DNA of 64,000 bases from the NCBI GenBank assembly GCA_965368975.1, contig CBDUPA010000013.1, forward strand, positions 1 through 64,000, read 5' to 3'. Shown piece by piece: positions 55,037 through 64,000 of the stretch. Positions within the stretch are counted from its first letter, which is position 1; each line of letters starts with the position of its first letter. Both the position numbers and the translations under genes were made by a program. The notes below the pieces were generated by a model. The model was not told where the DNA came from, did no database searches, and saw nothing but the letters and a program-made list of their open reading frames with translations. Source of the DNA: an uncultured bacterium. Lineage in GTDB: Bacteria; Acidobacteriota; Thermoanaerobaculia; Multivoradales; JAHZIX01.

Positions 55037-56229
55037 CGACCTCTACCTCCGCGCCCTGAACCTCCCCCTGGCCTCGAGCGGCCAGTACCCGAGCGGCCAG
55101 TACCCGGGCGGCCAGTACCCGAGCGGCCCTTCCCTGGACCTCCTGACTTCGGGCCTCGCGAACCCGGCACCGCCTTCTTGGGGCTACGCGGCGAGGAGCC
55201 CTTACCAGAGGGGCCCTTGCCGACGCCCACCTTGCCGGGGCCGCGGCTCTTGCCAGGACCGGGACTCTTGCCTGTACTGCGGCCCTTGGCTGGACTTTCC
55301 GCCGAGCGACTCGTCGGCCGCTTGGTCCGACCTCTGCCCCGCCCAGCACCCCGCGCGTCACCGTCGGCCGCCGGCTTGCGACGTGGGAAGCGTGGCTTGC
55401 GGATCTTGGTCCCAGCGGCTTTGGACGCTTCCTTGGCCTTGGCCTTGGCGTCGAGCCGGAACTCGACGTCGCCGCGGGCTACCGTCTTGCTAGTGCTCTG
55501 CATCAGCGCCCGCACTTCGCCTTCGGTCAGTTCACGCAGCTGGCCCATAGGCAACGAGATGTCGCTGATGGGACCGATTGCCACGCGGCGCAGCTTCTGG
55601 GCGGAATGACCGATGCGGAAGAACATTTCGCGGATCTGGCGGTTGCGCCCCTGGGCCAGCTCGACCCGCCACCAGGTGTTGTCACCACCGTCTCCCGGTG
55701 GACTCGGCATGGCCTCGATGCGGCAAGTGCCGATCGGTTTGTCATCGATTTTGAGGCGTCCTTGGCGCAGGCGGTCGAGAGCGGCTTCGTTCGGCCTGCC
55801 ATGCACCTTGACCTCGTACAGCTTGGTGCAACCGTAGCGCGGATGGGCCAGGCGGTGCGCGAAGTCACCATCGGTGGTCAGCAGCAGCAGGCCGGAAGTC
55901 TGGAAATCGAGACGACCGACCGGCACCAGCCCCTTGCGCAGGCCCGGCGGTACCAGGTCCAGGACAGTCGTGCGATCGCCTTCGCTGTCGATCAACGCGG
56001 TCAGCACGCCGCGTGGCTTGTGCATGAGCAGGTAGCGGTGCGGCACCGCCTGCAGGTCCAGACGCTTGCCATCCAGCTTGACGGCATCGCGTGCGGGATC
56101 AGCCTTGTCGCCGAGTCCGGCAACCTGTCCATTGACGGTCACTCGGCCGGCGGCGATCAACTCCTCGGCGTGTCGGCGCGAACCGTGGCCGGCACGAGCG
56201 AGCAGTTTTTGAATACGTTCTTCGCTCAT
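55033..56229 (-). CDS. rluB: 23S rRNA pseudouridine synthase (RluB-like) with basic low-complexity tail
   Basis: S4 domain ERIQKLLARAG, VGRLDFQTSGLLLLT and GRNRQIREM; downstream of scpB. Confidence 0.9.
   Translation of the reverse strand: MSEERIQKLLARAGHGSRRHAEELIAAGRVTVNGQVAGLGDKADPARDAVKLDGKRLDLQAVPHRYLLMHKPRGVLTALIDSEGDRTTVLDLVPPGLRKGLVPVGRLDFQTSGLLLLTTDGDFAHRLAHPRYGCTKLYEVKVHGRPNEAALDRLRQGRLKIDDKPIGTCRIEAMPSPPGDGGDNTWWRVELAQGRNRQIREMFFRIGHSAQKLRRVAIGPISDISLPMGQLRELTEGEVRALMQSTSKTVARGDVEFRLDAKAKAKEASKAAGTKIRKPRFPRRKPAADGDARGAGRGRGRTKRPTSRSAESPAKGRSTGKSPGPGKSRGPGKVGVGKGPSGKGSSPRSPKKAVPGSRGPKSGGPGKGRSGTGRPGTGRSGTGRSRPGGGSGRGGRGR
55078..55127. repeat. 15-bp tandem repeat GCGGCCAGTACCCGA, about 3 copies
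   Basis: Encodes GRSGT/GRPGT units in the RluB tail. Confidence 0.8.
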
Positions 56230-57092
56230 CAGTCTTCCGTTTCTTCACCGTCCGCGTCGTCCGCGGCCGGTTCGTCGGTGTCGGGATCATTCTCGACACC
56301 TTCCTCTGCAGAACGTTCCTCTGAAGAACCGTCTCCTGCAGCGTCCTCAGCCTCTTCGGCAGTGTCGGCAGGCGCTTCGTCGAGATCGATTTCGTCGGCC
56401 TCCTGCTCCGCCTCCGCGGCCTGCACCGCCAGCTCGTCTTCCACTTCGGCTTCCTTCGCCTGGTGCTCGGCCTCTGCCTCTTCGATCTCTTCGGCGCTGC
56501 GCAGCAGCAGTTCCTCTTCGTCCGAACCGGGCAGCAGATCGTCCCCCATCTCGGCGGCCAACGCCTCCTCGAATTCTTCGAGCGGCGGCAGGTCCTTCAA
56601 GCTGGGCAGGCCGAAGTGAACCAGGAACTCGCGTGTCGTGCAATACAGGAAAGGCTTGCCGACGACTTCCTTGCGGCCGGCGATGCGGATCAGCCGCCGC
56701 TCGAGCAGCGTCTTGAGCACACCGGAAGGGTTGACACCGCGCAGTTCCTGGATCTCGGGACCGGTGACCGGCTGCCGGTAGGCGACGATGGCGAGGGTCT
56801 CGAGGGCGCCCATCGACAGCCGGCGGTGACCTCCGGACTCGAAGAAGCGGCGCAGCCAGTCGTGAACCTCCGGCCGGGTCACCAAGCGTACGCCACCTGC
56901 CGCCTCGTCGAGCATGACACCTCGGCCGTCACCACCGCCGCGATAGCGTTCGAGCACGGCGTCGAGCGCGGCCTCGGCCTGCTCCTTGTCGCCATCGTCG
57001 AACATGTCGGTCAGACGCTGGCGAGACACCGGCTCAGCCGATACGAAGAGCACGGCTTCGATCGCCGCTTGCATGTCGTGGACTTCGGTCAT
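56229..57092 (-). CDS. scpB: SMC-Scp complex subunit ScpB
   Basis: IEAVLFVS, ALETLAIVAYRQPVT..EI..LRGV and FLVHFGL..L.DLP. Confidence 0.95.
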   Translation of the reverse strand: MTEVHDMQAAIEAVLFVSAEPVSRQRLTDMFDDGDKEQAEAALDAVLERYRGGGDGRGVMLDEAAGGVRLVTRPEVHDWLRRFFESGGHRRLSMGALETLAIVAYRQPVTGPEIQELRGVNPSGVLKTLLERRLIRIAGRKEVVGKPFLYCTTREFLVHFGLPSLKDLPPLEEFEEALAAEMGDDLLPGSDEEELLLRSAEEIEEAEAEHQAKEAEVEDELAVQAAEAEQEADEIDLDEAPADTAEEAEDAAGDGSSEERSAEEGVENDPDTDEPAADDADGEETED

Positions 57093-57982
57093 CCCTGAAT
57101 GCTCTCCAGATGTTCACTCTCCAACTCCCGCGTCGTGCGATACAGGAGCACCTCACCGTCGTCAGTCTGGTGGACCCGGATCAGGCTCAGGCGGGCCAGC
57201 TCGAGAATCGCCAAGAACGAGGCGATCGCTTCGGCGCGGCACGAGCACAGGCGTAGATCGTCGAGGACGTCGAAGGGCTTTTCCGGCCGCAGCTTGCCGA
57301 GGAGGCGATGAAACTGATCCTTGACCGAGAAGGTCTCGCCGCGCAGGTGGATCGGCGGCGGATTCTCGCGATGGAAGCGGTCCATCGCGGTCTTGAAGGC
57401 CGACAGCAAGTCGAACAGGGACAGCTCCCCCAGGTCGACGCTTTCGTCACTCTCGTCCACCAACTTGGGGGGCGGAGCCTGGCGTGTCCACAACCCGCGC
57501 CGTAGCAGCGACACTTCCGCTAGCGACTGGGCGGCCTCTTTGAGCCGGCGGTACTCGAGCAGGCGCTGCACAAGCTCCTCGCGCGGATCCTCTTCGGCCT
57601 CGCCGTCCTCGTTCTTCATCAGCGGCAGCAGCAGTTTTGACTTCAGGCGCACCAGCATGGCGGCTTCGTAGATGAACTCGCCCGCGATATCGAGATTGAG
57701 GTCCTCCATCAGCTGCAGGTACTGGTGGAATTGGTCACAGATCTGTAGCACCGGGATGTCGTAGATGTCGACCTTGTTGACCTTGATCAGGTGCAGCAAG
57801 AGGTCGAGTGGACCTTCGAAGATCGGCAGATGCACCTTCCAGGCATCGGGCAGACCGCTGCCGGCAGCATCCACTTCCTGCTGGACAGCTTCGAACTGAG
57901 CCGCCGCGAGCTGATCTACGGGTAGCTCGACGGCGGACGCATCCTCGGAGGTCTCTTCTGGAGGACGATCTTGCGGCGTCAT
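57089..57982 (-). CDS. scpA: SMC-Scp complex subunit ScpA
   Basis: FEGPLDLLLHLI, KSKLLLP, DPREELV.RLLEY and FLAILEL. Confidence 0.95.
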   Translation of the reverse strand: MTPQDRPPEETSEDASAVELPVDQLAAAQFEAVQQEVDAAGSGLPDAWKVHLPIFEGPLDLLLHLIKVNKVDIYDIPVLQICDQFHQYLQLMEDLNLDIAGEFIYEAAMLVRLKSKLLLPLMKNEDGEAEEDPREELVQRLLEYRRLKEAAQSLAEVSLLRRGLWTRQAPPPKLVDESDESVDLGELSLFDLLSAFKTAMDRFHRENPPPIHLRGETFSVKDQFHRLLGKLRPEKPFDVLDDLRLCSCRAEAIASFLAILELARLSLIRVHQTDDGEVLLYRTTRELESEHLESIQG

Positions 57983-58497
57983 GCCTCGACTCCAGGCGCG
58001 GAGTTCATCGTCGCCGCGCCGTCACGGATCTGGACCAGCAAGCGGTCGTTGTCGCGCAGCACTTCGGCGGTACGCACGACCGCCAGCACGTGACAGACCA
58101 TTCCGAGCAACCACAGCAACCCGTGCAGCCTTGGCGGCATCAGGCCGGTGAGCACTTCCGTGCCGGAGAGAAACAGAGCCGCATTGAAGACCACTGCCGT
58201 GGTCAACCAGGGCAAGACGCGTCGACGGTGCTGGGCATGTCGTGCGCCCGCCTCCTGCTGCAGGCTGGCCGCCGCGGCTTCACGCAGCAGCCCGGAGCGC
58301 AGGCAGATCAGGTAGAGGCCGACCCACACGTGGCTGAGCAACAGCAACAGCAGACCGACCAGGCCGATCGCCAGATGCCGGCTCACGGCCTGCCGGTTGG
58401 TGTAGTCGAGAAAGACTCCGGTCACGCCGACATACGCCAAGACCAGCGCCGCCACGACCCCGGCGGTCAGGATAGCCCTACGGATCATCTTGTTCAT
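57979..58497 (-). CDS. Hypothetical membrane protein (about 4 TM, several His)
   Basis: 4-bp overlaps with both neighbours; hydrophobic helices. Confidence 0.65.
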   Translation of the reverse strand: MNKMIRRAILTAGVVAALVLAYVGVTGVFLDYTNRQAVSRHLAIGLVGLLLLLLSHVWVGLYLICLRSGLLREAAAASLQQEAGARHAQHRRRVLPWLTTAVVFNAALFLSGTEVLTGLMPPRLHGLLWLLGMVCHVLAVVRTAEVLRDNDRLLVQIRDGAATMNSAPGVEA

Positions 58498-59726
58498 GTT
58501 TGGATCGCTCGTAGCCAGTGTTGGGCCGCGTGGTGTGGTCGGAAGTTGTCGTCCAGGCGCCGCCGACCGGCTGCGCCCCGGCGGCGACTCTCGCCCGGCT
58601 GGCTCCAGGCCTCGACGAGTGCCGTCCGCAGTGCATCGACGTTCTCGGCTGGCACCAGCCAGCCTGTCTCACCGTCGACCACGACTTCGGGAATGCCGCT
58701 GACCCTGCTGGCAATGACCGGTGTCCCAGCCTCCATGGCCTCGAGGACGACCAGCGGCATCCCCTCGTAGATGGAGGGTACCACCAGAGCGCGGGCGGCG
58801 GAAAGCAGCTCGCGCACGCGCCGGGCATCGCAGCGGCCGAGGAAGGTGACGTCCGACAGCGCGCGCTGCCGGCACGCCTCCTCCAGTGCCTGCCGGTGTT
58901 CGCCCTCCCCTGCGATCCAGAGCCGGGCGTCCGGGTGCTCCGCGTGCAGCGCTTCGAGTGCCGCCAGCAGTACCTCGACGCCCTTGCGCAGGCGCAGCCG
59001 GCCGACGAAGAGAAAGGCGGTTTCGGCGTCCTCGGACACTGGGGCAGCAAAATCCTTGGCGACCGTCTCCCGACCTTCGAGCACCGCACCGGTGACGTTC
59101 GGCAGGACTTCGATGCTCTGTCGCTCGACACCGTAGTCGCGGGAGACCTCGTCGGCAGTGACCGCGCTCGGCGTCAACAGCTGGTCGGCGAGTCGAGCGG
59201 TCAGCCAGCCGAGCACGATGTGCAGCGGGGCCTTGAAGCGCCGGAAACGGCGTTCGACGGCCCCGGGGCGCCCCAACTCCCTGCCGTGCTCGTCCCGCAG
59301 CGGCCTCACCGCGTGACGCTCTCGGCAGTAACTGACCTGCAGCAAGGCCAGCAGCCGCGGTGTCGCTGCGCCGTCCTCGCTGCGCCCGCGCGCCGAGGCA
59401 CGGAGAAAGCGCCGCAGTAGGCGCGTGACCAGCGCGGCCAACGCACCGTCGCTCTCGTGCACCTGCACGACGTCCGGTCGGTCGCGCCACACGGCTAGGG
59501 CGGCCGGCAGCGCCACCGTCAGCGGAAACAGCAGCTTGGGACCGCGCGCGCCACCGTCGCCACGGCCCAGCACGTGCACGTCGACGCCTTGCTCGCGCAG
59601 ACCGGCAGCCAGTTGCAGTACTTGCTCGCCGACGCCGGAAATATCGTGCGGTGGCAGGGTATTGGCGATCAGCAAGACACGCAACGCCGTGTGTTGCCCC
59701 GTGTGGCGCCGACTGGACGGCTTCAA
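58494..59726 (-). CDS. Glycosyltransferase family 4
   Basis: FVGRLRLRKG and EGMPLVVLEAM.AG.PVIASRVSGIPEVV. Confidence 0.93.
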   Translation of the reverse strand: MKPSSRRHTGQHTALRVLLIANTLPPHDISGVGEQVLQLAAGLREQGVDVHVLGRGDGGARGPKLLFPLTVALPAALAVWRDRPDVVQVHESDGALAALVTRLLRRFLRASARGRSEDGAATPRLLALLQVSYCRERHAVRPLRDEHGRELGRPGAVERRFRRFKAPLHIVLGWLTARLADQLLTPSAVTADEVSRDYGVERQSIEVLPNVTGAVLEGRETVAKDFAAPVSEDAETAFLFVGRLRLRKGVEVLLAALEALHAEHPDARLWIAGEGEHRQALEEACRQRALSDVTFLGRCDARRVRELLSAARALVVPSIYEGMPLVVLEAMEAGTPVIASRVSGIPEVVVDGETGWLVPAENVDALRTALVEAWSQPGESRRRGAAGRRRLDDNFRPHHAAQHWLRAIQT

Positions 59727-60505
59727 CTGATGTGGAAGGTCATGTTGACCACGCCGAAGCGCAACTCGTCCTGGTCCTTGACCTCGACCGGTACCCCGGT
59801 CTCCAGGCGTGTGCCGTTGACAAACGTGCCGTTCATCGTGCCGATCTCTTCCGACGCGTAGAACTTGCCGGCACGGCGGTAGACCTTGGAATGGCGACGG
59901 CTGGTCGAGCGCTGCGTGTCGACGGGCGTCAGGTCGACATCCGGGTAGATTCCGGTCACCGGGTCACGGCGGCCGACCGTCGTCTCCTCGCCCTGCGCCA
60001 GCAGGAACTCCATGCCCGACTTGACGTGGACCAGGCGCTCGGGCCCGTACTTCTTGTCCTTGTCGATGTCCGGCGCCGGCATTTCGGCCATCAGGCCGGC
60101 CGACGATTCGGTCGTTCCCAGGGCTTTCTTGAGCAGCGTGTCCGTCTCGCGCAAGCGGCGCGAGAACTTGCGCATGATGCGCACTGCGATCTCGGGATCC
60201 TTGCGCAGCATCTGGGCGAAGGTCGCGCCGTTGATGCGCACCAGCTTCGCCGGATTCAGCGCGCGCGCGGCAGCATTGCGCGGCATGTCGTCGAGCAGCG
60301 ACATCTCGCCGAAAAAGTCGCCCTTCTCGAGGACGGCCAGCTGCTTGAGATCGCTGCCGACCCGTTTCAGGATCTCGATCTGCCCCTCGTGGATGATGAA
60401 CATGTCCGTGCCGAGGTCGCCCTCGTCGAACACCATCTCCCCCGCCTTGAATTCGGCGGTGTAGTTGCCACTCTGGCCAGTTGCTTTGAAGACAGGTTTG
60501 CTCAT
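59723..60505 (-). CDS. Cyclic-nucleotide-binding plus FHA domain protein
   Basis: GDFFGEMSLLDDMPRNA (CNB); VGRRD...SRRH...NGTFVNG (FHA). Confidence 0.88.
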   Translation of the reverse strand: MSKPVFKATGQSGNYTAEFKAGEMVFDEGDLGTDMFIIHEGQIEILKRVGSDLKQLAVLEKGDFFGEMSLLDDMPRNAAARALNPAKLVRINGATFAQMLRKDPEIAVRIMRKFSRRLRETDTLLKKALGTTESSAGLMAEMPAPDIDKDKKYGPERLVHVKSGMEFLLAQGEETTVGRRDPVTGIYPDVDLTPVDTQRSTSRRHSKVYRRAGKFYASEEIGTMNGTFVNGTRLETGVPVEVKDQDELRFGVVNMTFHIS

Positions 60506-60545
60506 CGTCGCTCAGCTCGGGTTCGTCACTCACCCTTCCGGAGCA

Positions 60546-61453
60546 CTACCCGAGTTCGAGGACGCCTTCGCCAGGGTCCAAACGGGCCTGCATTCCCAAG
60601 GGCAAGGTGAGATTAGGACATTGGTGGCCTGCCGGCAACTTGCCGGCCAACGGCCGTTCGGGAAGTGTTTCGCGGCAGGTCTCTATGAGTGCCTTCCAGG
60701 CCATGTCGGAATTGACCGACTCTGGCCACCAGATATGGCCGATACACATGCCCGAGATTGTCGAGAGCCTACCCGACAGGTGAAGGTGAGTCAACATTCG
60801 ATCCAGCCGGTAGAGGGGTTCTTGTAGTTCTTCCCAGAACAATACACAGCCTTCCAAGTTCGGAGCATACGGCGTTCCGAGCAGCGACACGAGCAAGCTC
60901 AAGCAACCACCGAGCAGCGGGCCGCACACCGCCGGTGCCTGACGATCGGCCCACCACTGCGGCTCCAGGCGCTGCGGGTAGCGGCCAGCCAGGGCGTCGA
61001 GCAGGCTGCGCTCCTCGTCTACTTCGAGTCCACGCGCCAGGTCGACGGCCGGCATCGGCCCGTGGAAAGCGACGAGGTGCAGGCGCCGCACCACTTCGAG
61101 CAGGAAAGGAGTCAGGTCCGAGTAGCCGAGATACGCCCGCGGATTCGCTGCCAGTAGGTCCCAGTCGAAGTGCGGCAGCAGCCGCATCACTCCATAGCCA
61201 CCGCGTGCGAAAGCGATGGCGCGCAAACTCGGATCGGCGGCCAGCTCGTGGAAGGCATCGAGCCGCTCGGCATCACTGCCGGCGAACAGGCCGCACGCCG
61301 AACGGCTGCGCAGGTTGGCCGCCGGCACCGGCTCGAAGCCGAGGTCGCGCAGCGCCTGCAGACCAGCGTCGACACGCTGCGGTTGCACCGGCCCGGACAG
61401 CGCGGCCACGCCGATCCGGTCTCCGGGCTCGACAGGTGGTGGAAGAACAGCAG

Positions 61454-61469
<16 letters not shown>
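60546..61469 (-). CDS. ldcA: LD-carboxypeptidase (peptidase S66)
   Basis: ARGGYG, GYSD (catalytic Ser), GGCLS, FWEE and AGH. Confidence 0.9.
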
Positions 61470-61851
<382 letters not shown>

Positions 61852-61909
61852 CCGACGGCCATTGTAGCAGCCTGTCGGCCTCAGCTACCCTCGCTGACTC
61901 GTTCCCGGT

Positions 61910-63457
61910 TCAAATGCGTGCCAGTCGCTCCAGCGCCACCTTCGCTTCGGCGTGCTTCGGGTTCAACTCCAATACCATCTGGTAGTGGCGGCGCGCTTGG
62001 TCAAGCTGCTGCAGGCCAGCGTACACCTCGCCGAGATTGAGATGTACGTCGGCGAGCCGGATCTGCTTGCCCTGCGGGTCTCGACGCAAGGCCTCGTCCA
62101 AGCTCTCTCCAGCACGCCGCAGCCAGTTCGGGTTGCGCATTTGCACCTCGCCCAACAGCACGTAGTACTCTGCCCGCGGATCCCGTCGCACAGCATCGTT
62201 GAGAAGCTCGTGGGCTTGGTGAAAATTTGCCGCCGCGAGCATGCTCCGCGCTCGCTCGACGTGTGCCTGTGCCAGCAACCGCTCCCGCTCCGCTGGTTCC
62301 GGCTCCTCCGTCGCCCCTTGCAGCAGGCCAGGTTGACGGTTGTACTCGCGTCGCCGGGGCGGCGAGCTGAGCACGCGATAGGCTTCGGTAACTTGCTCGA
62401 AGAGGCGCGCCAAGGCGCTCGCTTCCTGCGGCATGCCCAGCCTGACGGCGTGACTCGGGTGCACCAGTCGAGCCACGCGTTCAAAGGCCTCGCGGACTTG
62501 CACGTCGTTGGCACTCAGGGGGACATCGAGCAGCCGGTAGTGGTCGAGGCGGACACCACGAGCCAGCAAGTCCTTCAGCTTCGCCCGGTGATCGTCCGGC
62601 CGCAGATTCGAGGGTTGACGCTGCAACTCGTGGCCAATACGTTCCAGCAGACGCTGTGGCAAGGGGACGGACACCTTCGGTGCTGCTGTGTCAGCCGCCT
62701 TGTCGCCGGATGGGCGGGTAGGTTTGTCGTGGACCTCAGCGGTTTCGGGACGCACACTGGCGGCAGGTCGCTGCGGCGCCTCGACAGCGCGAATCCAGCC
62801 AACAGCCAGCAGGCGGCACAACCGCGGCAAGGCTTCTCTTGCCGTCAAACCAGTCTCGCGCGGCAACGCCGCCAGCACCGCTGGCTGTGCCAGGCGCGCG
62901 AGCAAGAAGCCGCTCGAGGGATCGAGCCAAAAAGCCGATGTCAGCTCATCGCTGTGTCCCGCGGCTTGCAGCCAGGCCTCGTCCCCTCCGAGGCGCTGGC
63001 GCAGGACGGACTCGTCCTCATCACCGTCAACCGCCAGCCGCATCACGAGGCAGGCTGTCGGCAAGGGGCCGGCCGCAGTCGGTGAGACCTCCTCGTTCGC
63101 CGCGGCGGTGAACGTCAACTCGTCCAAGCCGCGCCCTCGTAGACTGTCGGCCAGGTGTTCGAGCAGCGCTTTGACCTCGGGCTGCGCTTTGCGCGGCAGG
63201 GTCTTGTTCTCAGCAGACTCCAGCAAGCCGGCCAGCCGGCGCGCTGGCAAGTAGTCGGAAGGCAGAAACAGGGCGCCATCGACGAAGATCAGGCGCACAG
63301 ATAGGCCCGTTTGTACGGTCAGCACACCGGATCGACGTTGCTGGTAAAGCTCGTTGAGCAACGGTAGTGCCGGGGGCACAGTACTAGCGCTCGGGGTCGG
63401 CAACACTACGGGTGCGGCACTATCTTCTGCTGAAGCCATTGAGGCAGAACGAGTCAT
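61910..63457 (-). CDS. DUF4388-like, J-like domain and TPR protein
   Basis: RRSGVLTV N-terminal motif, DHYRLLDV...VHPSH...EAYRVLS J-like domain, C-terminal TPRs. Confidence 0.7.
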   Translation of the reverse strand: MTRSASMASAEDSAAPVVLPTPSASTVPPALPLLNELYQQRRSGVLTVQTGLSVRLIFVDGALFLPSDYLPARRLAGLLESAENKTLPRKAQPEVKALLEHLADSLRGRGLDELTFTAAANEEVSPTAAGPLPTACLVMRLAVDGDEDESVLRQRLGGDEAWLQAAGHSDELTSAFWLDPSSGFLLARLAQPAVLAALPRETGLTAREALPRLCRLLAVGWIRAVEAPQRPAASVRPETAEVHDKPTRPSGDKAADTAAPKVSVPLPQRLLERIGHELQRQPSNLRPDDHRAKLKDLLARGVRLDHYRLLDVPLSANDVQVREAFERVARLVHPSHAVRLGMPQEASALARLFEQVTEAYRVLSSPPRRREYNRQPGLLQGATEEPEPAERERLLAQAHVERARSMLAAANFHQAHELLNDAVRRDPRAEYYVLLGEVQMRNPNWLRRAGESLDEALRRDPQGKQIRLADVHLNLGEVYAGLQQLDQARRHYQMVLELNPKHAEAKVALERLARI

Positions 63458-63637
63458 GATGTGCTTTCCGTTTTCCGACAAGTGATTCGAACTCCCGCAT
63501 GCAGGAGGAGTCGGGCTAGCGGAGCAGAAAGCAAAGTAAAAGAATGAATACAAGTATAGCGCAAACTATGGCGAGAACGGAATCGCTCTCGCCATAGCCA
63601 GGCTCAACGTCGCTGGACGTCCGCCAGAGAAGAAACG

Positions 63638-64000
63638 TCAGCGGAACTCGACGCGCACGGGCTCGTCCAGCTGCATCTTGATACCGGGAACACCCTCGAG
63701 CATGCGCTGCAACTCGGCCGGCGAGCCCGGCTCGCCACCTGCCATCAGCTCCTCGAGCACACCCGGCGCGGCCAGCAGCTGGTCGAAATCGAGTTCCATC
63801 AGTGTGATCGTGCCCTGGTCGTCTACGTAGCGGGCGTTGGTGCTCAGCACCTCACCCTCGGGTACGAGACGCATGCGGACTCGCAATCCCTGGAAGAATT
63901 GCTTCATCATGGCCAGCGCCATCTCTTCCTGTGCTAGCTCCTCGGGTGTCTTCTCCGCTTCCGGCTCGTCGGCCTCAGCGCTGTCCGTCTCGTCGCTTTC
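63638..64000 (-). CDS. Hypothetical protein, C-terminal part (starts beyond the window)
   Basis: Frame is open from the window edge to TGA at 63638. Confidence 0.6.
   Translation of the reverse strand, partial: ESDETDSAEADEPEAEKTPEELAQEEMALAMMKQFFQGLRVRMRLVPEGEVLSTNARYVDDQGTITLMELDFDQLLAAPGVLEELMAGGEPGSPAELQRMLEGVPGIKMQLDEPVRVEFR

Noticed and set aside
5459-58910. KOPS (GGGNAGGG) polarity as support for dif
   Set aside because: By eye three copies point toward dif (5459, 12135, 58903) and one away (46530); too few and not exhaustive, and the motif may differ in this lineage

Overview
High-GC chromosomal window. Gene content and protein styles suggest an Acidobacterium (Thermoanaerobaculia-like); this is an inference. 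Most of the window is housekeeping: lptFG, etfAB, tol-pal, rpsT, lptE, nusB, ribH, der, rex, pyrRBC, carD, cmk, rluB, scpAB, ldcA, three tRNAs and RNase P RNA. Three things stand out. (1) At 0.9-3.2 kb a parA-parB operon lies between a cluster of four non-canonical 16-bp palindromes (TGTCGGCGCGCCGACA, with a fifth copy at 8.1 kb) and a well-formed XerCD dif site at 3131-3158. This suggests a ParABS-like system that acts at the replication terminus rather than the origin. (2) After tRNA-Leu(CAA), an operon divergent from a two-component system combines YceI, a polyprenyl synthase, a cbb3 CcoN homologue without the canonical CuB motifs, a membrane-domain/CcoO fusion, a NAPE-PLD-like hydrolase and an MMPL transporter. 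(3) A class I lanthipeptide cluster has one LanB, two LanC and two paralogous precursors with 7 Cys each, but no local protease or transporter. All calls come from reading motifs by eye; no database searches were run.
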